The notes under the pieces: generated by a model | Database searches by the model: none | The model's input: only the letters and a program-made list of their open reading frames with translations | Told to the model about the DNA's origin: nothing | Part shown: positions 38,048-46,992 of the stretch, piece by piece | Numbering within the stretch: the stretch's first letter is position 1 | Layout of the letters: each line of letters begins with the position of its first letter | Source: Polyangiaceae bacterium | Lineage (GTDB): Bacteria; Myxococcota_A; Polyangia; Polyangiales; Polyangiaceae | DNA length: 64,000 nucleotides | Assembly (NCBI GenBank): GCA_044376115.1 | Contig: JBILLK010000002.1 | Location: forward strand, 1-64,000 | Direction: 5' to 3' | Translations under genes and position numbers: made by a program

Positions 38048-38965
38048 ATGATCGATCTCAGCCAGCTGGAGCTCGAATGCAGCGACTTGCGACGACTCTT
38101 GAGCACGACCGTGCCGCGCTATGCGCGAGAGCGGCAAGCGATCTCGCTCGCCGCGAGCTCCGCGCTGATTGCGCAGTTTTGGCAGCATGTTGGCTGGTTT
38201 GACGGCTTCGAAGGCGCGCTGGCCCGCCCAGACGACGCTTCGCCGCAAAGCGACTTGTTGGCGTTGCTCGAGCGATGGCGCGCCGAGGATATGCGCGGAG
38301 ACGGAAGCTACGATGGTGTGCTCGACCTACTTCCCGAGAGCTTCAGCGTCGTTGCGCTCGGGGATGAGGCGGTCACGTTGGCCGACCTCAGCGGCGGAGA
38401 GCTCGATCCGCCGGTTGCGGTGCTTTACGGGCCCAGCACCGATGCTGAGGAGCCGAGCTTGGAACGACTGCCCCAGAACTATCTGGCGACGGTTACCGAC
38501 TTGCTGCTCGAGAGCGTCCAATTCGAGACCGCGGTGAAAGGGTCGCTCACGGCACGCCGGCTAACTTGTACCGAGGTGTTACCGACGTTGGTACCCGGCT
38601 CGTTGCGCGCTGACGATGTGTGGCTTCTCGCGCTCGCGCCTCCGCGTGAGCCGGCTTCCTTCGAGCTGCGTGTGCCTAATGTGGCGCAGCTCGTCTCCTT
38701 TCTCGAGCAGGTCGACCCGAGCCAGGTGGTCGGCTTTGCTTGCCACGCATCGCCTGCACGTCGTGCGCGGCAGCTCCCACTGCCAACGAGCCTGCGCCGA
38801 ATCGAGCTCGCGTACCCGGCGCCAGCCACGCTCTACGTTGGGGAATTGGCGGGCGCGTCGGTGTTGGTGACCCAACCGAACGATCCGCGCGAACTGTTAA
38901 CGATCCATTGCGACTCCGCGCAGCTCGCGGCGGTGGATGGCTGGTTCGCTACGAACCGACCGTGA
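38048..38965 (+). CDS. Hypothetical protein (weak SUKH-like DPPV motif)
   Basis: About 305 aa ORF; ELDPPVAVLYG; TAGGCT 10 nt upstream. Confidence 0.6.
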   Translation: MIDLSQLELECSDLRRLLSTTVPRYARERQAISLAASSALIAQFWQHVGWFDGFEGALARPDDASPQSDLLALLERWRAEDMRGDGSYDGVLDLLPESFSVVALGDEAVTLADLSGGELDPPVAVLYGPSTDAEEPSLERLPQNYLATVTDLLLESVQFETAVKGSLTARRLTCTEVLPTLVPGSLRADDVWLLALAPPREPASFELRVPNVAQLVSFLEQVDPSQVVGFACHASPARRARQLPLPTSLRRIELAYPAPATLYVGELAGASVLVTQPNDPRELLTIHCDSAQLAAVDGWFATNRP

Positions 38966-39042
38966 ATGACGCGCGTGGTGGGCGGCCTCGCCGTGTCACG
39001 CGCAGCTTGCGTTGCCTGAGGTCGAATGGCAGTAAAGGGGCC

Positions 39043-39747
39043 ATGAAGCTCCTTTCGCTGATCTGTGGCCTTGCTCTCCTGAGTTCCGCCTGTACCGAGA
39101 CCTCGAATACACGTCCGGCCTCGGCGGAACCCGCCGCAACCGCCGCTCCGAGCGGAGCTGGCTCCTCGGGCAAGTCAGCTCCGGCAAGTGCCGGCGTCGC
39201 CGCCGTGGGCGTTGCAGCGCCTGAATTCACGCTCAAGGACCTGGACGGCAAAGACGTCTCGCTCGCGTCGTTCAAAGGCAAGACGGTGGTCCTCGAGTGG
39301 TTCAACCCGGGCTGTCCCTTCGTCAAGTCGAGCCACGGTAAAGGCTCGCTCAAAGGCTTCTCGGAGAAGGTCATGAAAGGCGGCGTGGTGTGGCTCGGGA
39401 TCAACTCGGGCGCGCCGGGCAAACAGGGTCACGGCGTTGAGGCCAATCGTGAAGGGGCGAAGACCTTCGGCGTGACCAACCCGATCCTGATGGATGAGAG
39501 CGGTACCGTAGGCAAAGCCTATGGTGCAACCAACACGCCGCAGATCGTGATCATCGATGCCAAGGGCGTCGTGGTCTACAAGGGTGCGGTGGACAACTCG
39601 CCCGACGGTGAAGGGGAGAGCCCGCAACCGGAAGGCGCAAAGCTCGTGAACTACGTCGAACAGGCGCTCGCCGAGATCGCCGAGGGCAAGCCGGTCAGCG
39701 TCCCCTCGACGAAGCCCTACGGTTGCAGCGTCAAGTACGGGTCATGA
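39043..39747 (+). CDS. AhpC/TSA-type redoxin lipoprotein
   Basis: APEFTLKDLDG, EWFNPGCPFV, YGATNTP, PYGCSVKY. Confidence 0.9.
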   Translation: MKLLSLICGLALLSSACTETSNTRPASAEPAATAAPSGAGSSGKSAPASAGVAAVGVAAPEFTLKDLDGKDVSLASFKGKTVVLEWFNPGCPFVKSSHGKGSLKGFSEKVMKGGVVWLGINSGAPGKQGHGVEANREGAKTFGVTNPILMDESGTVGKAYGATNTPQIVIIDAKGVVVYKGAVDNSPDGEGESPQPEGAKLVNYVEQALAEIAEGKPVSVPSTKPYGCSVKYGS

Positions 39748-40826
39748 GCACGGAGAAGTCGGCGGGAGCACCTGCGCTTGGCCATCCTGTCTTGGAAGAG
39801 GCCACTCGGCTCGAGCGAAGCGGCGATTTCGCGGGGTCTCTCGCACAGATTGCCGCGCTAGCCGAGAGCGCGCGTGCCTCCGCAGACGTGTTGTGGGCGA
39901 GTGAACTCAGCTTGCGTGAGAGCCGCCTGCTCACCTTGACCGGCGATGCCGAGCAGGCGCTCTTGCGCGTCGATTGGGTGATGGTTCGCGCGAGCGCGCC
40001 AGAGCACCGCGAGGTCTTTGCTCAGGAGAAGGCTGCGCGTACCGTGGCGATGAGCTTTCTCTTGTTTGCCAACGCCGCCAAAGACGAGCTGCGTATGAGC
40101 TTTCAGGAGACGCTCGGCGTCCTCGCCGAGGCCGACCGCTTCCTCGAGCAGGTGAATCGGCTCGAGTGGAAAGCTGGCGTTTGTTCCGAGCGCGCCGGGA
40201 TCTACGAGCGCATGGGGCGCTGGCAGGAGGCTGTGGAGGAGGGGCGATTGGCGATCGAGCTAAAGGTTCAATGCCCCTCGGCGCCGAGCCATTCGCTCGG
40301 TGCGATGCAACGCAGCCTTGCTCGACGCCTGCAACACGTAGGGCAGGCGGAGGAGGCCAAGCAGCTGCTCTTGAGTCTGCGCCAAACCGAGGTTTACAGC
40401 GTCCTCGAGCAGCTCGGGGTCGAGTGCGAACTCGGGCATCTGGCGCTGCAGCTCGGTGATCTCGAGCTGGCTGAACCTGCCGCCGTGCGTGCGCTCGCGC
40501 TCAGTGAAGGGATGGGGGCAAACCAGCGGATTGCCGCAGCGGGCCTCGCGGTTGAGGTGTTTCTAGCGCTGCAAAGGCTGCCGGAGGCTAGCGCCGCCGC
40601 TAAGGAGGTGCGCGCTGCAGCTACGCAGCTAGGGAGCTCAGCTGCGCTGTTTGCCGCAGCGCAAGACGAATTCGACGTGGCCTTTGCTCGGGGTGAGGCC
40701 GCGCGCGCCAAGGACCTGCTCGCGGAAATGGAGACGCACGCGCAGTCGCTCGCCGTGCGCGGGAACGCCGCGTCGCAAGCCCAGGTTGAGCGGCGCCGCG
40801 TGAAGTTGGCAGCCAAAAACGGTTAG
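39744..40826 (+). CDS. TPR-like helical repeat protein
   Basis: Ala/Leu-rich paired helices (MGRWQEAVEEGRLAIEL); ATGA overlap with the redoxin gene. Confidence 0.75.
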   Translation: MSTEKSAGAPALGHPVLEEATRLERSGDFAGSLAQIAALAESARASADVLWASELSLRESRLLTLTGDAEQALLRVDWVMVRASAPEHREVFAQEKAARTVAMSFLLFANAAKDELRMSFQETLGVLAEADRFLEQVNRLEWKAGVCSERAGIYERMGRWQEAVEEGRLAIELKVQCPSAPSHSLGAMQRSLARRLQHVGQAEEAKQLLLSLRQTEVYSVLEQLGVECELGHLALQLGDLELAEPAAVRALALSEGMGANQRIAAAGLAVEVFLALQRLPEASAAAKEVRAAATQLGSSAALFAAAQDEFDVAFARGEAARAKDLLAEMETHAQSLAVRGNAASQAQVERRRVKLAAKNG

Positions 40827-40871
40827 AGCCGCGAGAGGGAGGTTTGTGCCCACTCCGCGTAACAGGAGCGC

Positions 40872-41282
40872 TTGAAACGACCCCTCCTCGTAGTGGCTCT
40901 TGTTGCCTTGGGCTGCAGTTCCTCTAGTACAGAGACATCGAAGAGTTCAGCGACGTCGAGCAGCTCGTCTGCGACGGCTCCTTCGCAGGATCTCTCTCGC
41001 TTCTTTGGTCGCTGGACGAAGGAAGGTGGCTCCTTCGAGATCAGCGCGGACCGTTACAAGCGCGTCTATGACGTTGCCGCCGCCGCCGGCGGCAAGCCCG
41101 TCGAGGGGCCTTACAAGGTCGTCTCACTCGAGGGCGACGTGCTCGTGATTGATCCGAAGCTTGATCTCGGGGACGGCAAGTCGTTTCCCGGTGACCAACA
41201 GCGGTTGACGCTCAAGGGCGATGAACTCGACATCCGCAACGTAAAGAACGGCGAAGGAGATACGTACAAGCGGGCCAAGTAG
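40872..41282 (+). CDS. Small lipocalin-like lipoprotein
   Basis: ALGC lipobox, FFGRW...TYKR; AGGAG SD before TTG. Confidence 0.7.
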   Translation: MKRPLLVVALVALGCSSSSTETSKSSATSSSSSATAPSQDLSRFFGRWTKEGGSFEISADRYKRVYDVAAAAGGKPVEGPYKVVSLEGDVLVIDPKLDLGDGKSFPGDQQRLTLKGDELDIRNVKNGEGDTYKRAK

Positions 41283-41337
41283 GGATTCCGCTGCGAGAGC
41301 ATTTCTTGTTCCGAAGCGCGGGGCGTACCATGCGCGC

Positions 41338-42417
41338 ATGCCGGTCTTTCACGTGGAGATGCGTTGGCGCTGCTCTGCCTGTCAGCAGGAGAATCTGGGT
41401 CGCTTCAAAGACTGCCAGATGTGCCGCAAGCCGAAGGACGGAGAGCCGTTCTACGATGCGCCCGAAGCTGCGTCGCCAACGCTCGCGCAAGCCGTTCAAG
41501 ATGAAGGTCTCATCCGCCAGGCCACGGCCGGCGCGGATTGGTCCTGCAAGTTCTGCGGTTCTCATCAGCGGCGTGACAGCGGCTTGTGCGGCAATTGTGG
41601 AGCCGACCAAGACGGCGCGGCGCGCCCGGCAAAGTACGATGGCGAGCGAGCGCTTCCGCAGCCAGCCGCTAAGAAGGATTGGCCGGGCAGGGGTTGGGCT
41701 ATCGCCATGGGGGTCCTTTCCTCCCTCTTCACCCTCATCCTGTTCTTCTCGTGGGTGCTACGGACGCGCGAAGTACAAGCAGAGGTCGTAGCGCGAAGCT
41801 GGGAACACAAGGTGGTGGTGGAACGCTACAAGGTCGTCCCGAGCGAAGGCTTTGAGCGACCAAGCGATGCCTTCGACGTGGTGAACCAGGGGCAACGCTT
41901 TCACCACAACGACAAGGTGCAAGACGGCACCACGCGCGAGGCCTACACCGAACGCGTGGCGTGCGGACAAGAGTGCACCACCACACCCACCCGCTGCACG
42001 ACCAACAACAACGGCTTCAAGACCTGCACGGGCGGCGACCAAAAGTGCAGCACCAAGTACTGCTCCGAGACCCGCTACCGAGACGTGCCGCGCTACAAAG
42101 ATGTCCCGGTGTATCGCGACTACTACAGCTGGAAGGCATGGCGCTGGGCGCACGAGCGAGACGTGATCGAATCGGGAGTCGAAGACAGCCCGCGTTGGCC
42201 TACCGATAGTGCGATTGCGCTCGAGAAGACCTGCGCTCCGCAGGAGAAAGAGCGCGCCGAGAGAAAGGCCAGCTATCGCGTCGTGTTCAAGGAGGAGGAC
42301 GGGAGCCGGTACGAGTACGCCGCCGAAACCCTCGAGCAGTTTGAGAGCTTGGAACTCGGTGAGGCCCGCACGATTCGTGTCACGGCCAGTGATGAGGTTA
42401 CGCTCGTCCCAAAGTAG
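41338..42417 (+). CDS. Membrane protein with two N-terminal zinc-ribbon motifs and a Cys-rich outer domain
   Basis: WRCSAC...CQMC and WSCKFC...CGNC; one TM helix; C-terminal Cys cluster. Confidence 0.85.
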   Translation: MPVFHVEMRWRCSACQQENLGRFKDCQMCRKPKDGEPFYDAPEAASPTLAQAVQDEGLIRQATAGADWSCKFCGSHQRRDSGLCGNCGADQDGAARPAKYDGERALPQPAAKKDWPGRGWAIAMGVLSSLFTLILFFSWVLRTREVQAEVVARSWEHKVVVERYKVVPSEGFERPSDAFDVVNQGQRFHHNDKVQDGTTREAYTERVACGQECTTTPTRCTTNNNGFKTCTGGDQKCSTKYCSETRYRDVPRYKDVPVYRDYYSWKAWRWAHERDVIESGVEDSPRWPTDSAIALEKTCAPQEKERAERKASYRVVFKEEDGSRYEYAAETLEQFESLELGEARTIRVTASDEVTLVPK

Positions 42418-42451
42418 ATCGCCGCGGCATCGGACTTGCTCCGTTGCCAGC

Positions 42452-43004
42452 ATGATCATCGACAAGACCTATGGGAAAGTCGCACGAATCGCCTGTGCCA
42501 GCGCGCTACTGCTGGCGACCGGCTGTGACGACGCGTACGCGCAACGCAAAGAAGCGGAGGCCACCAAGCGAGAGGTGAGCGCGACCATCTTCAACGGCGC
42601 GATTGACGTCGAGAAGGCCAAGCAGCAAGCCGCCCTCGACGTGCGCGCAGCCGAGCGAACAGCCGAGAAGAACACGGCGGATGCGCGGGAGGACGCCAGC
42701 CGAGCGGGAGGCCGAGGCGCTGCAGAACGAGCAGGAAGGTAGCTATCAGGCGTTGCTCAACGAGGCCATCGGCGACCTCGAGAACCGCATCAAATTGCTC
42801 AACGTCAAGGTCCAGAGCCGCAAGGGCGAAGCGCGCAAAACGATGGAGACCGCGCTGCTCGATCTCGAGGCGCGCCGCTTGGAGCTGCAGACCGAGAGCG
42901 ACAAGCTGCGCACCTCGTCCGAGTTGGATTGGGAGACCACCAAGGGGCGCATCGAGCAGCTCCTCGAGGCGAGCGGCAAGCTGCTCGCTGCGCCCTTCGA
43001 TTGA
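42452..43004 (+). pseudogene. Coiled-coil lipoprotein split by a frameshift near 42700
   Basis: LATGC lipobox frame runs to ...AREDAS; the helical continuation AEREAEALQNEQ...LDWETTK lies in another frame. Confidence 0.7.
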
Positions 43005-43139
43005 CGGCCAAAGCGCCTCACTGGGGCGGGCGTGTCGACCCAGTGAGGCGGAGTAGCGGGCCATTGGCGTGGATCGACTGACGCCTGGACGCGATCCTGT
43101 CCAATAGTGGTTCTGCGCAATATGCGCTTTGATCGGCCT

Positions 43140-44021
43140 ATGAAGGCGTGTTCGCTATCGATCGTTGTCGCTACCTTGGCGGGTTCGTTGCTTGGCCTCG
43201 GCTGTGATGGTGACAGCGCTGGTGATAGCGATAGCGACGGCGGCGGCGGGGCAGGCTCGAGTGGAACCGGCCTCTCGAACGCAGGCGGAACGAGTTCCTC
43301 CGGCGTGGAGCCGAGCGGCGGCAGTAGTTCCACCGGGCCAGGCGAGCCTGAGTGTGCGGGCGGTTCCTACGATAGCTGCAGCCCTTGTTGTGAGGCGCTT
43401 CATCCGTCCGGGGTGGCCAAGTACGCGGAGACCCTCAATCAATGCGCCTGCGGCTTTGGGATCTGCCAGTTTAGTTGCGGAGACTTTTGCGCGACCGGCG
43501 TGATGGACGCGTCCTGCATGGAGATGGCCGCGTTTGACTTCAATTCCCCTGGATACAGCAATAGCTTCGGGGGCGGTAACTTTGGTGCTTGCGCGGCCGA
43601 CCCAGAGTGCACCGCTTACGCGACCTGTCTCAACGTCTGCACCGTGGGCCGCGGGCCGATCGCACCGCCAGCCGCAGACGCGAGCCCGCAAGACAAGTGC
43701 GTGCACTACATCAACGCCTACCGCGCTTGGGAGGGCAAGTCGCCGCTCGTACGTTGGACCGACGGAGAGGCCTGCGCCGACGAAGCGGTCGCCATCGACG
43801 AAGTGAATGGCTCGCACTCGTCCTTCGGTATGTGCGGTGAATCGACGCAGAATGAGTGCCTTGGCTTCAACCCAGACCAAATCGGATATTGCCAAGCAAT
43901 GATGTATAGCGAGAAGTTTACCGGGGAACAGGGTATGGGCCACTACTTGGCTATGACCGGCGCCTACTCGCGGGTGGCCTGCGGCTTTACTGATAATTGG
44001 TCGAATCAGAACTACCAGTGA
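43140..44021 (+). CDS. Cys-rich lipoprotein with a C-terminal CAP (SCP) domain
   Basis: CVHYINAYRA..G..PL, QNEC, GHYLAM...VACG. Confidence 0.8.
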   Translation: MKACSLSIVVATLAGSLLGLGCDGDSAGDSDSDGGGGAGSSGTGLSNAGGTSSSGVEPSGGSSSTGPGEPECAGGSYDSCSPCCEALHPSGVAKYAETLNQCACGFGICQFSCGDFCATGVMDASCMEMAAFDFNSPGYSNSFGGGNFGACAADPECTAYATCLNVCTVGRGPIAPPAADASPQDKCVHYINAYRAWEGKSPLVRWTDGEACADEAVAIDEVNGSHSSFGMCGESTQNECLGFNPDQIGYCQAMMYSEKFTGEQGMGHYLAMTGAYSRVACGFTDNWSNQNYQ

Positions 44022-44098
44022 CCTGCGCAGACCTTCGCTGCGGCATGTGGTCGCAGGGGTAGCGCGGGACCTGGTTGGGGTCCAAGCTGCGTCCAGTT

Positions 44099-44608
44099 AT
44101 GAAACGCTGGCTATGGATTGCTCTCGGGCTCTCACTCGCTGTGGGCGTTCCTCGTTCCGCGTCGGCCGAGGACCATGCGACCATCCATGTTGATTCGCTA
44201 CAGGCGGCACCAGGCGAAAAGGAGCTGCTTGGTCGGCTGGTGGCGCCCTGTTGTTGGAATCAGACGCTAGATATCCACGGGGGCGCAGCTCCCGACGCGT
44301 TGCGCGCCGAGATCCGTGAGCGGCTAAAACGAGGGGAGAGCCCTAGCGCGATCGAGGCGGATATGGTCGCGCGCTACGGCGAGCGGGTTCGAGCGCAGTC
44401 GAGTTCGGCGGCGCTTGGAGCCGCGAGTTTGGTGCTGATTGCGCTGACCTTGGTGGTTGGTTTGGGCATTGGCTTGAAGGTGCGGGGTTGGCTTCGGACC
44501 TCCGCTCGCAATGCGGCGCGCGCGCAGCCAGCCGCCACGAATGGAGCTCCGCCGTCGCTGGATCCGTTGGACGCCCGGCTCGACGACGAGCTTCGTGCGC
44601 TCGACTGA
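44099..44608 (+). CDS. ccmH: CcmH/NrfF-family cytochrome c biogenesis protein
   Basis: Signal peptide, LVAPCCWNQTL, IRERLKRGES..I...VARYGE, TM helix. Confidence 0.8.
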   Translation: MKRWLWIALGLSLAVGVPRSASAEDHATIHVDSLQAAPGEKELLGRLVAPCCWNQTLDIHGGAAPDALRAEIRERLKRGESPSAIEADMVARYGERVRAQSSSAALGAASLVLIALTLVVGLGIGLKVRGWLRTSARNAARAQPAATNGAPPSLDPLDARLDDELRALD

Positions 44609-44666
44609 GCCTTTCGAGTAGGGCGATCTCTTGTCCCGCTCTGGCGCTTCTGCGATCCTCTGCTGC

Positions 44667-45443
44667 ATGTTGGCCCCCTCGACCTTCCTCGGCTCTGTGC
44701 GCCTCTCCACCGCTGCGCTGCTCCTCGCTGCTTGCAGCGCAAAGGTGGTGGTGGACGACGCGACGGGTGGAGATTCTGCCTCCGGGGGCAGCAGTTCCAG
44801 CGGGACGAGCTCCAATGGCACGACCTCCAACGGAACGACCTCGACGACCTCGGGCTTCGGCGGCGATCCATCGGCGTCGAGCACACAGTCCACTGGACCG
44901 GGCTTCGGAGGGGATCCGTCGACGTCGAGCGTACAGTCGAGTGGCACCGGCTTCGGCGGAGATCCGTCGGGTGGAACCACCAGCGGTGCCGGCGCAGCAG
45001 GCGGTGGCTCCGTCGAGACGTGCCAAGGCGGCGGTTGCGCGCAGAGCTGCAACCCGGGCGACTCCTGCCAACAAGGCTGCCAAGGTGGCGGCTGCGAGCA
45101 GTCTTGCGAGGACGCCGTCGCCTGCAGCCAGGCCTGCCAAGGTGGTGGTTGCGTGCAGACCTGCGAGGGCGAAACCTGCTTCTCCGCCTGCGGGGGCGGC
45201 GGCTGTGAACAGGCTTGTCAGGCCGAGGCGTACTGCGAATTGCGCTGTCCCGGTGGTGGCTGCAACCAGAGCTGCAACTCGGAGTTTTGTGTGATCGGTT
45301 GCGGCGGCGGTGGTTGCGTCATCCAGTGCGACGGCCCGTGCGTGGTTCAGTGCGCGGGAGGCGGATGCGACGTCGAATGCAACGTTGGCCAGCTGAGCTC
45401 TTGCGGAGGGAACGGCTTCGCCTGCGGGACGAGCTGCCCCTGA
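44667..45443 (+). CDS. Cys/Gly-repeat lipoprotein (CxGGGCxQxC)
   Basis: LAAC lipobox, three GFGGDPS linker repeats, about seven CxGGGC repeats. Confidence 0.8.
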   Translation: MLAPSTFLGSVRLSTAALLLAACSAKVVVDDATGGDSASGGSSSSGTSSNGTTSNGTTSTTSGFGGDPSASSTQSTGPGFGGDPSTSSVQSSGTGFGGDPSGGTTSGAGAAGGGSVETCQGGGCAQSCNPGDSCQQGCQGGGCEQSCEDAVACSQACQGGGCVQTCEGETCFSACGGGGCEQACQAEAYCELRCPGGGCNQSCNSEFCVIGCGGGGCVIQCDGPCVVQCAGGGCDVECNVGQLSSCGGNGFACGTSCP

Positions 45444-45570
45444 AGCTCGGTCCGCACCATCGCGAGCGCGCCACAGACGCGAAGTCGCGATAGCCTAACA
45501 ATCTTTGTCACAACCGGTTTGAGCCGGCTCTACCCCGTACGCCCAAGCAAAGGGCGCTCTGAGGAGAGCC

Positions 45571-46356
45571 ATGATCAAGATTCAAACCACCGTATTCGCC
45601 GCCCTTCTCTCCCTGCTCGCCGCTTCGGGCTGCAAGAGCAAACTCGAGAAGTGCATGAACGCCTGCGAAAAAATCAAAGCGGAGGACCAAGCGGCCTGCG
45701 CCGGCAACGCCAGCTGCTTGGCCAGCATCGAAATGAGCTTCGAGTCCTGCTCGAACATCTGCGAGATCGCCATGGGCGACGGCTCCAAGCGCTCTTCCAG
45801 CGACGGCACGGATAAGAGCAGTCGCGGCCTGTTGCCCGAGTCCGGCGTGCCTACGCAATCGGCGGCCGACCGCGATGAGCAGGCTTGTGAGGCCGGCAAC
45901 GCCGAGGCCTGTGCCAACACAGGCAGCCGCATCTTCCTCGGTCGGGAAGGACGCAGCAAAGACGAGGCGAGGGGGGCGGCGTTGCTAAAGAAGGCCTGCG
46001 AGCTCGGTTCGGCCTTCGGTTGTGAGATCTATGGGCGGGCGCTCGACGATGGACGCGGCGTGCCGAAAGACGTTCCCGCGGCGAACTCAGCGTTCACCAA
46101 GGCCTGCGACATGAAGGCCGGCGGCGGTTGCCGCTCGCTCGGGCTCAACCTCCCGGTCCGCGATCCCAAGCGAATCACGCTGCTCGAGAAGGCCTGCGAG
46201 CTGGATGATGGCCTCGGTTGCATCGGTATCGCAGCGGCCTATCTGCACGGCGATCAAGGCAAGCGCAAAGACGTGGCCAAGGCCAAGACCTTGCTGCAGA
46301 AGGCTTGTACGCTGGGACAGAAGACCGCCTGTGAAAAGCTGCGTGAGCTTCCGTAG
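45571..46356 (+). CDS. Sel1-like repeat (Hcp-type) lipoprotein
   Basis: Repeated KACELG..GC, G.GVPKD; GAGGAG SD. Confidence 0.88.
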   Translation: MIKIQTTVFAALLSLLAASGCKSKLEKCMNACEKIKAEDQAACAGNASCLASIEMSFESCSNICEIAMGDGSKRSSSDGTDKSSRGLLPESGVPTQSAADRDEQACEAGNAEACANTGSRIFLGREGRSKDEARGAALLKKACELGSAFGCEIYGRALDDGRGVPKDVPAANSAFTKACDMKAGGGCRSLGLNLPVRDPKRITLLEKACELDDGLGCIGIAAAYLHGDQGKRKDVAKAKTLLQKACTLGQKTACEKLRELP

Positions 46357-46377
46357 CGCTATGACTAGACTGCGCGC

Positions 46378-46992
46378 GTGCAAGAAGCGGTTGAACGCGG
46401 CGTCTCGGAGGCGATTCGATGCGGTCATTTCGCTGAAGCGGCCTCGCTTGGCTTGCGCGGCTACGGGCCGGAGATCCTCGGCTTCTTGGTGGCGGTTGGG
46501 CCGGGCAATGCCGAGGACGCCTTCTCGCAATTTTGCGAGGACCTCTGGCGTGGCTTGCCGGGCTTTCGCGCGCAGTCGAGCTTTCGAACCTGGGCCTATA
46601 CGCTCGCGCGCCACGCGGCCGAGCGCGTGCGGCGTGATCCGTATGCGCGCCGCCGCGCTGCGCTCTCGGACCTCGGGCCGATCTCGGCGCTGGCCGAACA
46701 ACTTCGCTCCACCACCGCGACCTTCCTCTCCACCCAGGTGCGCGACGGAGTTGCGCGCATTCGGGAGGAGCTGGCTGAAGAAGATCGCGAGCTCTTGGTT
46801 CTGCGCATCGACCGTCAGATGGGCTACGCCGAGATCGCTCGCGTAATGAGCGGTGAAGCTGCAACGGAGGCCGAGGTAAGCAAGCGCGCCGCCGCGCTGC
46901 GCAAGCGCTTTGAGCGGCTCAAGCTCGAGATCCGCGAGCGCGCCGAACGCGAGGGGCTACTGCGTAAACGCGGCGATCGGGGCGATGCGTGA
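46378..46992 (+). CDS. ECF sigma factor
   Basis: YGPEILGFL, AEDAF, SSFRTWAYTLARH, LLVLR...MGYAEIARVM. Confidence 0.9.
   Translation: MQEAVERGVSEAIRCGHFAEAASLGLRGYGPEILGFLVAVGPGNAEDAFSQFCEDLWRGLPGFRAQSSFRTWAYTLARHAAERVRRDPYARRRAALSDLGPISALAEQLRSTTATFLSTQVRDGVARIREELAEEDRELLVLRIDRQMGYAEIARVMSGEAATEAEVSKRAAALRKRFERLKLEIRERAEREGLLRKRGDRGDA

Noticed and set aside
38048..38965. SUKH-family immunity protein call
   Set aside because: Only a short DPPV motif supports it and no toxin gene is adjacent.
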